Of a stretch of DNA of 64,000 nt, positions 12,213-24,900 are shown in pieces. A program made the translations under genes and the position numbers. Numbering within the stretch: the first letter of the stretch is position 1; each line of letters begins with the position of its first letter. This DNA is from Parasitella parasitica NRRL 2501 (taxonomy: Eukaryota > Fungi > Mucoromycota), in contig MU619260.1 in the NCBI GenBank assembly GCA_025201805.1, forward strand, positions 1 through 64,000. Direction: 5' to 3'. The notes beneath the pieces are model-generated. The model searched no databases. It saw only the letters and a list, made by a program, of their open reading frames with translations, and was not told the DNA's origin.

Positions 12213-13048
12213 CAGCATGATGGTACCCCATCATTATTATAAAAATTAATAAAAACCGCTTTGTTATAAATACAGCATTATTACCATTTAATAGTGTTGC
12301 ACATTACAACTAAATTTATCGATTAAAAAATGGCAATGGAACGCCTATTATTTGTGCTCATAAAATTTGAGTCCAATATGGTCGCCTTATCAGTGTACAT
12401 TTCACATTTGAAACTGACGCAAGTCTTACATTAGTCGGCATCTTGGAGAAATGATCTTGGTACACATTAAGCCAACGTATTACCATGTGTATTATCAATA
12501 CGGCGGTTTTTGGCGAAACATTTTTGAAACTAATCAGCTTGGCTTTGATTGAAATTGATAATACACTGCTATGTTTTGTTTACTTGAAAATTCTGACGCT
12601 TCTTGATTCTGTAATCAATCAGCCAGGAAGGTATAAATAATAACTCAAGACACTGTCGTAAATGAAAAGATCTCTTTGAAAACTAATTGGTATTTGATAA
12701 TTTATTAGACAATTGGCAGAAATCTCACATACGCCGTCTATTGATGGTTGCTTAACCTCATTTCAATTCCAAGTTGATCGCAATAACGTATATCTAAAAG
12801 TTTCTTTTTTTTTTTTTCTTGGAAACAAACGATCATGTAAGAATACAGTGCTTGTTCATCGTACAGTGTACCGTATTTAGGCCATAAATACACGTAAAAA
12901 TGAAGTATTGGGCTTAAATTAAGCGTCATTTAGGCTTAATGATTACTTGAGGACGTTTTATTGGTTTAGTTGTTTATACCAAGTGGCGTACAGTGCGGCT
13001 GGAAATATCGTCACTTTGTGAAAAATACAGTAAATGGCCCAAGACATA

Positions 13049-13227
13049 CAGTCATTTCAAAAAGTTAAGTCGCTGATTTTGAGTTTGATGTCGTGCAAAA
13101 AAACTTGTGTCCAAGAAATTTTATTGGGCAATTACGAAGCAACAACTAAAAATAAACGTTGTTGGACACAAGTTTTTTTGCACGACATCAAACTCAAAAT
13201 CAGCGACTTTACTTTTTGAAATGACTG
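13049..13227. mobile_element. Tc1/mariner-type MITE (179 bp) nested in the element above
   Basis: 66-bp TIRs (13049-13114 and 13162-13227) with 1 mismatch; CAGT...ACTG termini; TA duplication at 13047-13048 and 13228-13229. Confidence 0.92.
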
Positions 13228-13614
13228 TATGGCAGTTATTTAAATTCTAATTGTCGCTTTCGGAAAATCATGTTGTCCATTCTCAAAAACCATAGTGTCT
13301 ACTTGGACAAACATTATTGTCAAATTCAAATTCAAAAAAAAAAAAACATATTGATAGGTCTTATTAAAAGTAAAATAGCGATTTTTTATAGCAGAATGCC
13401 AGTTATATTATAGTAGTTTATTTGAGTAAAATGCCAAGATGTAAGTGTCGAAAAATTAGTTGTTTTTAGACCCTATTTGATGATAAGTGGCCTTGAAATT
13501 ATTTGCGTCTTTTATAATAGCCATTGGCTCGTCCTTTATCATACCATTCTCACCAGTTCATGCGCTTGTGGGTTTTCATATGTTATAGTATTGAACTCGG
13601 CAACAATATGTAGA

Positions 13615-13749
13615 TCGCGTTTCTGCTTCTCCGTCTCACTTATGGACATAGCTTCAGTCTCTTGCCTTCCGACTGTTGGGCTAACGCCTGCTGGTAGATC
13701 TAGAGACTGAAGCTATGTCCATAAGTGAGCCGGAGAAGCAGAAACGCGA
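13615..13749. repeat. Long inverted repeat / hairpin (48-bp arms, 39-nt loop)
   Basis: 13615-13662 is the reverse complement of 13702-13749 with a single mismatch. Confidence 0.92.
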
Positions 13750-14922
13750 GCCATTTATTTTTCACAAAGTGACAATATTTACCAGCCGCACTGTATATGA
13801 TTAATATTTTGGCACTTGCAAGTGATAGATGACTATTAATACGATAACTCTTATATTAATAGATCAGGGCTGTCAAAACCTTTCAAATATATATGCGCTT
13901 ATAGCGATTGACTTCATGAGGTTATACGCTTTTGCCGCCATTTTGTTTGTTCCATTATTACATACTGACGCTAGTGCCGGTTTTGGATTTTGTGGATAGG
14001 TAAAAATGTCTTATAAAACTAAGGTGTTGCAAAATATTCCTTCACAAGCCATTTTTATGCAACTCTATTTTTTTAGGGAAAGTTAATACTATTCGATTTA
14101 CAACATCGCTTTTCTTCCCGTTCAAAAGCATAATCTGTAATGTTTAATATCTTTGCGAAACACTAGACGGGAGAGATATCTCCTTGAGCTGTTTTTCTTT
14201 TGCATCGTTCCACGACACGTATAGCCATTTTTAATGTGGCAGAGATCCAAGATACAGTATAGTATTTTAAGAGCATCTACAATAGTTCATTAAAGTAATC
14301 ACTACCATAAAATTCAAAAATGCTAAAGTGTAATTGTATTGACCGCTGAGTTGCTCTAAATCAATCTTATACAACACTTGAACAGCATTAACCATCGTAT
14401 AGACTTTTGCTTGGTCATAATATCTACAGGATGGTCTATATTACCAGACACGTTTGGAATTTTTTTAGCAATACAAAAGATTCCTTTTCTTGAGAATATG
14501 AGGCGCAGGTGCGCAGTATACGATCTTTTGTCACCAGCTCAGACAGGCTGCAATGCAAACAGTGCGTAGTACTCACGTCGTCACAAAACAAAGTATAATA
14601 GGGATGGATAAAACGAACGCCTCGTTGGGAGTGCGACCTTGGAAGGTTTGTACTACTTATGATTTTCTGATTTTTGAAACATAATCGACAAAAGCGCACG
14701 CATGATCAGCATTTGCAGGATAACAAATAACGCAACATAGAGTGATCGAATTTGTCAGCGTATAACGATGTACGACTTGTGCGTCTCGAGGCACATTTTG
14801 AGCTCGTGTCAAAGGTTAATTTATCCTGCCGCTCGACTGCATTTTGAATATAAAAGCCTCCAAATGTTTGACTTCGATGAATGCTATCTTTAACTTGAAA
14901 ATTTATAAAAAACTATCGAAAA

Positions 14923-15650
14923 ATGGCACCTTTGCAAGTTATAGGAGCAGGATTTGGCAGAACAGGAACAGATAGTCTTCGTCTTGCCTTGAACATATTG
15001 GGGTAAGCTTTTATTATTTCATTCGCACTAGGGTGAATGTACAGTACTGATCAAATGTGTGCAACAGATACAAAACCCATCACATGAAGTCATTTTGGGA
15101 GGAAGAGGCCGATACAAGACCTGAGGATTTCATAGAAGCTTACAATAACCGAGATGAGGCGGACTGGGACAAAGTTTATAAGAATTATAGTGCTGCTGTC
15201 GATTGGCCTACTGTAGAATTTTACAAGGATTTGGTAGCCAAGTATCCGGAAGCAAAGGTGGTGCTTACAGTACGTAGCGCTGATAGTTGGTACAAATCAG
15301 CTTTGGAGACAATCCATCCGGCTTCTGCAGGTATGCTTGAAAACCCCGCTGATGAACGCAAAGCTCAACTTGGAGAGATGATGAAGCTTGTCGTTTTAAA
15401 TGGTCATATGGTAAATCGGGAAACATTTCGAGACGAAGAAATGATCAAGAAATTGTTTTTAAACCATTATGAGGAAGTCAAGAATGTTGTACCTTCTGAT
15501 AACCTTCTGGTTATGGAACTTGGTGAAGGTTGGTCAAGACTTTGTGATTTTCTGGGAAAGGAAATCCCAAAGGAACCATACCCCAATGCTAATTCCAAAG
15601 AAAACTTCAAAGAGGTCCTTGCTGCTTATAATCTTTCTAAGAACAAATAA
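14923..15650 (+). CDS. Sulfotransferase-like P-loop protein (Sulfotransfer_4-type), 2 exons
   Basis: MAPLQVIGAGFGRTGTDSLRLALNILG|YKTHHM, AAVDWP, YPEAKVVLTVRSADSWYKS, GEGWSRLCDFLGKEIP-EPYPNAN; intron 15003-15067. Confidence 0.88.
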
Positions 15651-16553
15651 AAGAATAATGTGTTAACCTATAGTTTGTGATGAGTGATACAGAAAAAAAG
15701 TGGGAACGCCATACATAAAATTTTCGTATACGTTAGTTAAAACCGCTGGAACCAACAACCACTAGTGTTTCCTAAACTGTATGCCAAAAACATAACAAAA
15801 AAACAAGAAAAACTATCGCCAAAGAAATTCATCTTGGGGACGCAAAAATGTTAATGAAGCCAATATATAGAGCGATTACCAGAGTATTAAACTATATACC
15901 TATACAAACAAATATGAAGACAAGTCAAGTTGGGACATGAGCAAATCCAGCACCAGATAAATTGTTACATTGCTATAACGATCTTGGAATTTATAGGTAA
16001 TCAATAACATCTTATGGTTGTTGCTATGATAAGTTTTAAATATGGTCTATCTCCTGGTATCAACGCTTGTGTTTTGTATCATTGAGGAACCAACCCTTCC
16101 CTTAAGCCACTGTCAATAGCCGACAGTTGCATCTCCATAGTAATTAAATGCTTTCACAGCTAATTATACATCTCAATGGCAAAACCATCAACTACAACCG
16201 TCGCTTAGGCTCCGAACAACCTCTGATCCTTTCTTTTGCTGCACAATATTATTGAGACTCATGCCACAGATGCAGCAAGCAATCTGAAAGCGACATTACA
16301 GTAGGAAAAATGAAAGGCCAAAGAAAGGGTGTCGTGGAAAAGACTACCTTTGCTTTTGATAGACTGTTTATGTAACACCTATTATTCATGTCAAAGATTT
16401 CTGACCAAATTTATATGGCAAGCCAGTGCCTGGATTATCGTTCACAGTATTTTTGGGAAACAGACAGAAACAGCAGGTCGTACAGACCTAATAAAGGAGG
16501 CAGATTCCATTTGTCCACTTTTTTCTTTTCTTTTTCTCCAAACCACAAAAAAG

Positions 16554-18311
16554 ATGTTATTAGAAAGTACTGCTGATATGACCATTGAAAATAATTTCTG
16601 GGTAATTTCTTGAATATTTTCATTACAACTGAATAGCTGAAAGTCATACATGTAGTCTCCAGACAAACTTGGCCTGAACATCTTGCTGGCCAAACTGGAA
16701 GCATCAAACAAATCTACTTTGGCTATTCAGGATTACTTTGCAAAAAGGTAATTCCAGCAAGCATCTTTGTCCAAATTGACTAATAAATACGCCTAAAAAA
16801 GAGCTCAGATAGAGGAGGAATATGGAAACCAGTTACTCCAATTGTCAGAGTCATTGCATCAAATTGAAGAATGCTTTGGCTCAATTTTAACCACATCCGA
16901 AATGACCGCCAGAGCACATATAGACCTGGGGCAAAATATTCGAAACTTGCTGCAAGTTCCTCTGGAGACTTATGTAACAGATCAAGAAACTGTAAAAATA
17001 TTTGTAACGTATGAAGAGAATGAACTAGAAAAAAACAACAATCTCATACTTGGAAATAAATACGCATGCTTCAATTTATAGATGAGCAACCAAATGAGGG
17101 AACTTCAGAATACGAGGATTGCACAACTTGAACACATCGAAAAGGTAAGTTTGTAGCCATTCATCTGCATGAGTACTAACGGTGTATATGCCTTGTAGTC
17201 GCGGCAATGTTATGTGGATGAACATCAAAACCCAAACGCTTCGTTCGAGAGCATTGATGCAACTGATGGCGCATATCAAAAATCCGTCAACGAAATGCAG
17301 ACCAAATATGCGCAGTGGGTACATGATTGGCGCGAATCTTGCAAAACGTTCCAGTCAGTAGAGCTGCATCGCATGGACTACATAAAAGCAGTAGTCAAAA
17401 CGTAAGCTGATGGCGATAGACAGAAACAAGAATGTGTATTTATCAAATGTTAATAGATTTGCAACTATGGTAGCATGTGCATTCAGCATTGACGACCTAT
17501 CGTGTGAAAGAATGCTGATGACCATGGAAGATTTAGACATAAATTGTGAGTTGATGAATTTTGTAAAAGATCATCGGACAGGATCTTTTATCCCAGGTAT
17601 GCTCATCATTTCGAAATCTTTGTGACACGGCGTTAAACATTTGTAAATTCAGCGATTCCAGCATACACGAAATTTACTCGGCATATCGATACAAAAAGAA
17701 AAGCAGCGGGGTTGCCTCTAGTCTCAACAGAAAAGCGAATTATAAGAGAGATCAACATACCCATCAAACAAGACGAAGAATTAAGATCGGTGAATGACCA
17801 ATTACGCAAAAAACTACCAGCCAGCCCGTGGAGCGATGCAAAGAGCAATGGCAATGCACAACCATATCCCTTGAATCCAGTTTATAGATCAAGCCAGCCA
17901 TCTCAGAGTGATCCTGTGTTGAATAATTGGTACAACAACCTCCAATCTTCCCCTACCTCCCCGACTTCTCCTACACCAGAAAACAAATCCACGCTCGTTA
18001 CACCACATGAAAAAGCAACGTATATCCAGCATATCAACAACACCAATACACCCACAAAAAAGCCATCAATATTACTGTCATCTATAGGATTCTTCAAGAA
18101 GAAAAGGGGCGTGCAAGATAAGTCTCGGGAGAAAAAGAGGCTGTCGTTAGGCCATACAGTACCAGATCCATTATTACCAACACAGCAATCAATATTAGAA
18201 CAGCCTCCTAGTCCAATATTTAGTCCTATTGATTTTTACTATTCTCCTGCTGATACTGATAGAAACTTGAAAAAAGCAGCTGCCAACATATCACCATCGT
18301 CATCGCATTGA
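16554..18311 (+). CDS. F-BAR (FCH/PCH, Cdc15/Hof1-like) domain protein, multi-exon
   Basis: IENNFW...GLNILLAKLE...DYFAKRAQIEEEYGNQLLQLS...ARAHIDLG...W+CKTFQSVELHRMDYIK...FVKDHRTGSFIP, then a low-complexity Ser/Pro tail. Exon boundaries approximate. Confidence 0.75.
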
Positions 18312-18885
18312 CACATGGCGCCTTATAAATAAAATATTTATAAAAAAATAAAAAAAAATCACACGCTTGTTGAGAGAACATGTTGCTATCCTTTCGGACA
18401 GTTGGATGTATGGTGACATTGGCCAAGCATTGATCATGTCTCGGATCAAACTCTTATTTTAGAAACCTGAGCTTCAATAGTTGATTCTGCCCCTGAACTA
18501 ATGGAATGGTCGGGAATATTGCACCTAGGATTGAGCAAGAAATCCTCTGGCCTCAATTTAACTACCAACTTCATATTTATTTTAAAAAGTCTGTGTAGAG
18601 TCTTTTTTTTCCCTTCATGGCTCAAATATAAATATAAGAAAGAAATTCTCCTCCGGGTTGGAGTCGTGCCCAGCGCCGTCATTTTTATTATGGTGCCGAT
18701 GAGAACCGCATCAGGTTCGAGTGGGAAGTGGATTGGCAGTTTCAGTGCTTGCACTCTCGCCTTTCTGCGTGATTGAGATAATAATTGCTTTGTTGTATGG
18801 ATCTCAGAAATTAGAAAAATCCACATGTCTATCATTCATTGTTCCGTTAAGTGCTTTTGAAGCAAAAAAGCTAATTTTATATAAC

Positions 18886-18921
<36 letters not shown>

Positions 18922-19513
18922 ATACATCAGATTTTATCATATTGCAAATTGGCTTGGTCCTAAGGTAGTGCTGCCAAGTAATTACGCCACAACTCTACTA
19001 ATGTTCATACCATAAAGAATTAAAGCAGTTCCCCTTAGTGTTTTCCGGCATTTGAATACAAATACTGCCCGCTCTTTTGGTGCAAACGTAAATATGTAAA
19101 TCTGACCAACAGGTACTATCGTTTGTTTCTCAAATGAATGCTAGTTATCTAACTCACGACCTAAATACTAGACAACAAGTAGCACGGCCAATAAGCAACA
19201 TCAGGAAATATATAACTTTGACCTTAGAGAATAAATATTTTTCCTTTTTCTTTTGGAATAAGACCATAAAGACAATTAAAGACTTTTATTCTTTTTATCC
19301 AGCGCAATTTTACCTGCTTTTGCCAAAGAAGCTTCTTGATAAAAAAGTAACAATTATCTTAGAGACTAGCCACTGGCAATACCATTACACGTTACGTAAA
19401 TTATAAGTGCTGCATAAGATATGTATAGACGCAAGAAAAGCATAAATAAAAGTTTTTCAATAAAACGCAAAGGAAACAACTCGTATATCAAAGCAAAAAG
19501 GACGTTCAGGAAG

Positions 19514-21005
19514 CTATTTGCTTTTTCTTTTCATTTCTCTTTGTGGGATGTTCAACAGCAACTGTTTTGCTAAACTTATTATAGAACTTTCCATCGTTTC
19601 TCCTTTTCCATCCGTACACATCACACTCACCAGGATTCTCTTGCTCTTTTTCCTCTTTTTCCTGTCGATAAGCGCGGCCGGTATCTTTTTCCCTTCAACT
19701 TTGATAAAATGTTAGGTGGCGGACTACCGGAAAGAGAGCAAGGGATGGCGGAGGTGCTCTTTGGTGGCGGCGAGTAGTACGTATCTCGCACCCAATGGAT
19801 GCACTCCCATACTTTTTTGGTTTGTTCCAAACCCAAGACTTTCCTTGTGCCAAACTTTTGAGATGATTTACTTTTAACCTCTAAAGCTAAAGATTCAATT
19901 TCTCTTCTACAAGTTGAGAGGAAAGGCAAAGATGAGCTGAAATTATCAAGCCCCTGAGGAGAGCAAGGCAGTGAAATGTCATTTTGATGAAGGACAACAT
20001 ACAGTCCATTACTACCAAGAGAAATACTCGATACTATGCATTCACTGCCGGCAATTTGAAATAGATAAGCACGACATGACTTGATAATTTTGACATCAAC
20101 AATGTCAACAAGATTGTCAACAATGTCTTTTCCCTCGCGCGATAGCTTTCCTTGATCACTTATTGTTTTGTCCTTGTTGTCATCCTTTGCTACTTCGGCC
20201 ACTGCTACATCTATCTCTTTTCTATCAACATCAACAACAAATCTGATATCAATTTTGAACCCTCTGATATCTTTGGCGTCTGGGTAAAGCTCCTTCTTGC
20301 TTGCAGTAGAAGTAGAAAAAATAGACTCACCAGTTTTGATACGAGCCAGACTTTTTTCCAGAGGAAACATGGTTTTAAAAACTTTCATCCAGAGCACGTA
20401 CAGATGGTCACTCTCAGTATAGTTGATTGGCGTGTTTTTGATGAGCATTAAGAGGTAGTCTCTGAGAAGTTTGAGAGAATGCTTGACTAGCTTATATGCA
20501 AAAACCTCCTCAGCTCGTTCCGCCTGGTCTTTTAATGCTTTTGTGTACGCTAACGCACTAGTCATGTCTCCCTCGGACTGGCAGCAATTTGTTACAGTGC
20601 AGATTGTATCAAGGACTTGTTTACTCAAGCAGCTTGGTTGCAACTTCAAGAAAGAAAATCGCTCGAGAAGCTCGTGCCATTGTGTTAGACTGAAAAGCCG
20701 TTGCTGAGAGTTTAGCGACTGATCGCAAAGATCTAAAATAGAAGATAGACTATTTGTCATGACCTTCCTGTCGTCAACGGGACACTTTTCAAGATTTTGG
20801 GCATATACTTCGTGGATCTTTACAGCCTCCCTCTTGTTAATAGTTCCAGCAGAAAGAGAGGAATTGGAGACATATACATCGTCATGCTCGTATGGAATCT
20901 AAACAATTTTATATTGTGGTCTGTTGATGATATGTGATTGTATTTTATACTTCTTGCTTAAAATCTTCTTAGGGAGACATTTCTTCTCTCTCAGAAACTT
21001 CAAAG
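19514..21005 (-). pseudogene. Damaged PD-(D/E)XK nuclease-like repeat-family gene (core ORF 19627-20760)
   Basis: FKIDIRFV...DVAVAEVAK...DQGKLSREGKD...YLFQIAG resembles a restriction-endonuclease-fold D...ExAK motif. The frame is open upstream to an acceptor near 20898 with no clear start. A probable C-terminus (DVYGWKRRNDGKFYNK...KSK*) lies in another frame ending at 19514. Confidence 0.5.
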
Positions 21006-21399
21006 CTTTTATCTAGGGCTGCTATTAGAAACCCTGATAATATTATCACGAACACTGTGACATTTATCATTTACTTCAACTTTTTTTTTTCTGAAGCTAT
21101 AAAAGACTGTATGTCCAACAATATGGTCTTGAATCTGCCATTTGCCAGAGAAGCCCATTTTCTCTATATTGTTCCTAGGCAAGTGTGCACTCTCGCCATG
21201 TCTCAGCACGAGAACGTCAATGGCACGAAAGAGATACGCTCCAGGATATTCACCAAGTTACCTACCTGCCGCCAGTTCAGCGTATTTACGCTCATCATTG
21301 ACCACTAGTTCCACCAACTATTCCCATTACTGTCACTCTTTGTAATAAATACCGCATGTTTTGTTGAAAAAAAAAAAAGAAGCAATGATGCTATTATGT

Positions 21400-21790
21400 C
21401 TAACGGAACTGGTTGTATTAGACCAATAGGACAATGAGAATATCGTCTTGAGCGGATATACTTTTCTATATCGCTTGAGCTATCAATAGGAGCATTATCC
21501 ATGATGAGATAATGTTCCTTCATTTCTGGGTACTTGTCCATTCCACCAAGAGTCGCCTTTAGAAAGCTCAAATAATGCTTCATCACTGTTCTGATGCTGT
21601 AGCCATCATAGTTTTTTTTTTTCGTCATCAGAGTAAAATGTATAACGTAGCTTAAACCGAGTACGAGAGCTTATTGTTTCGATTGCGAAAAGCTCTTCAT
21701 CAGCAGAAAGTTCGATCGGCTCAACTCTATGTTCATCAACAATATATGCCCTTGCACATCTTTGTGAAAAAATTGCATAATCATTTTGAA
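21400..21790 (-). pseudogene. IS630/Tc1-mariner DDE transposase relic, heavily deleted
   Basis: HYLSFLKATLGGMDKYPEMKEHYLIMDNAPID...IEKYIRSRRY matches the DDE_3 'MDNAPIH' region; upstream MQFFHKDVQG resembles the N-terminus of Mucorales Tc1-like transposases; stops and frameshifts present. Confidence 0.75.
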
Positions 21791-21950
21791 TGTTTGTAAA
21801 ATAAAGGAAAGATAAGGAAAATGGAACAATTGCTTAGTTTTATACAAATAAAATACTATTTTTTTTTGGAGGGGGGGGGGGGGAGTCATCTAGAATCCAT
21901 CGCTTAAATTTGCAAAAAGAACACTTTATTATTATACACTTGCACCCCAG

Positions 21951-24900
21951 TTAGGAAGACATATCCATAAAATCAGCAGCTCGATTTTCTCGGTTTTCTG
22001 CCTCAGCAATGGTCAATCTAATTTCATCAGCCAAAGGTCCCGTCTTGACGGAATTCACAAACGGTTCAAATCGAGGCGAAGCGATAGGATCGCTCAGAGG
22101 GCTCACAGCAACAATGCAGCGAAGAACAGCACGAATGAGTTCTTGGTTCTTTTCAACTTCTTGTTTGACGGCATTACTTCTCATTTTAAAATCAAGAATT
22201 GCCTTGAAAGGTTCAATGATGTCGTCTAGTCTTGAAGATACAGCAGTAGGAGCTACTTTACTGAGGCGAATTAACATCAAACAAGCAAGCATTTTGATAT
22301 CGTGTTGGTCGTCCAAACCAGCACGAATGCGATCGAGGAAACCATACACATCAATCTTATCCAAACATGTGCTCAACAATGTGTACATGCATTCGTAAGC
22401 TGCCTTTCTAATTTCGAGACCGTCATCCACCTTGTGCTTGAAGGGACCCATCTCTACGGTATGAATAAGCTCTTCCTTGACAACAGTTTCTGCGTACAAC
22501 AAGGGAATGAGTCGATCAAGTATATCTCTGATCAAATAAGGCTTGCGATGAACAGCAGAGTTGATGGTCAACAGAGCTAGACGGCGAACGTTCAAATCAG
22601 AATCTTCCAAAAGAAACAAGAACTTAGACATGATGGGCTTCAGCAAATTGTCGTATTCAGAAGAAGGGTCGACAACAGCATATTTGATAGCAGTTGCAAT
22701 TGTGGCTCTTACAAAGGCAGAAGGTGAGGTCAACCGATCCTCCAACTGTGGCAAGAATTTGTGAGAATCTGTCAAGGCCAATTTGCCCAAGCACTCTGCG
22801 ACAACAGTACGGGTGCCTTCTTCTTGATCTGACTCGCTGCTTTCCAACAATAGCGTCCAGATTTCATCAGCGGCAGGGCCAAGTGAGTTATCCTTGCTAT
22901 CACCGTCATAGCGAGTAATGACCTCTTTAAGAGCATGCAGCAATAAATAACGTCTTTTGGGCTGTTTCTTTATCTGTGTGACAATGGAAGGCAGATATTG
23001 AGGAATGTTTCCAACGCAAATATTACCCAAAGCAAACGCAGCAGCGAATTTGACTTCTTCGGATTGAGAAACAAATGCATTTGTAACAAGGACATCCATG
23101 TTCTCGTAAGCAACCAGGTCAACTCTGCGGCCGATCTCGCCAATAGTCAAAAGAGCAAAATACAAGATGGAGTCGTTGACATTAGGTGCAGTGAGATAAT
23201 TTTGAAATTCACGGATAGTTGTGTCACAATTACTGTCGCTAGCATTGGCAGCTAGTACGGCAACACATTGAGCCACGGTGGATGCAGCTTGTTTGTTGGC
23301 GACAGCAGCAACACCACCAGCAGAAACGCCATCAGATGTCTTGGCCGATAATAAGGGGTCAACGAGGCCATGGACTAGAGTTTGGTAATCAGCAGGGCTG
23401 ACCTTGGCAAACGCGGCAAACATGCTCAACAAACTTTCTAATGAAGAACCCTGTAACAAGGGGGACTCCATCAGTTGAAGCAAGGAAGGCAGGATGAAGG
23501 ATTTGACTTCAGTGACAGAACTAGGACTGACACTCAAGATGGACTTTGTAGTCTTTAAGGCGAGAGGAAGAAGATGAAGATCACTGTCAGAAATCAACGG
23601 CTTCAACTCATGAAGCAAGGTAGAGTAACTCTTTGCAGAGACCTTCTTACCAAATCTAATATGTGGTTAGTTTGTTCATTCCGGCGAGACATTCCTTTTT
23701 TTTTTTTTACCTGTTAACCAAGACATTCAAGCACTCCAGACTAGCAATTCGCAAGGAGCGATTACTCTTTCTAAGCAACAGCGAGATATCTTCAACGGCT
23801 ACAAGCACACAACGCTCAAGTTCTTCGCCAGCAACAATTGGGCTTTGAGAAGCAATATTTAACGTCTTAATACTGATCAAGCGGGTAACTTCATTTCTCA
23901 ATCTTTCCAATAGCACATCCCAAGCCTGTCTTTGCTGTTGCTGTGACTGGAGGACATCGCCCACTTGAGTCAACAGGGTACCGAGACACATGATGGATCT
24001 TTCCTTGACCTCTTGATCGGCATCACTCGTGTTCAATACGTTCAAGGTCACTTCATATATTTGATTGATATATGTGACGTTTTCAGGGGCGACATCTGTG
24101 ATTTGATATTGGCCGTTTTTGAGGTAAATGGGACGAATGACCTTGATCAATTCGATGCAAGCCAAGAAAGCTTCAGATGTGATTTTGTAGAAGTGGTCAG
24201 AGACCGACTTGATGACAGAGGGAGCCAAACGATCAATCATAGTGCGAGTGTTATTGGCGTGGCGATAGTGGAAGAACAATTTCAAAAAGTAGAGGACTTC
24301 GATCTTGAGATTGGATGAAGGTGCATGCTGCTGTTCGACAGCACTGCTTGAAAGAGACGCTTCAATAGCAGGGAAAAAAAATTCAATTTGATCGTCCAGT
24401 CCACCTTGAAGAACAATGATAAGTTCACGCAGCAAATGGAATCCAATTTGGCGGGTTTGAGTTGCTTTGGCCGACAGTTGCTTTGCAAGAGTGCGGCAGA
24501 TCTTGGGGACGAGCGATTTCAAAAGTTGTTTAGGGCCATTTGTTGCTTCCATTGTGGAATCACTGTTGTTACTTTGGCCCGGACTGGCAGGCAAAAAGTC
24601 GACTTGATCACCAAAACTAGTAACGCTGTTTCTACGAGGATGGCCACTGCTAGGTGTAGCTCCTGCATAGAGGCTTGTTTGCCTCAAAAGCGCAATAAAG
24701 GTCTGTAAAATGTCCACACGAACAGACTCCTCGCGTTCTTTAAATCGACTGATGAGTACGGGCGCAACGTTTTGGTAAATTTGCTGCAGCAATTCTGATC
24801 TACTTTCAATAATGGCACATAATACCTTGGAGGCAGAACGACGAACCTTCCAGGACATGTCATCATCGTCGTCAGAGTAATCACTGTAGAACGGTTTAGG

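Larger units (their letters stand above)
12991..13793. mobile_element. Non-autonomous Tc1/mariner-type element (803 bp) with imperfect TIRs of about 44 bp
   Basis: Left end CAGTGCGGCTGG-AAATATCGTCACTTTGTGAAAAATA matches the reverse complement of 13750-13793; TA on both flanks (12989-12990 and 13794-13795); no transposase ORF. Confidence 0.85.

Noticed and set aside
18446-18918. Overlapping short ORFs and a GGTTCGA (T-loop-like) motif at about 18714
   Set aside because: No recognisable protein motif and no cloverleaf or A-box could be built, so not called as CDS or tRNA.
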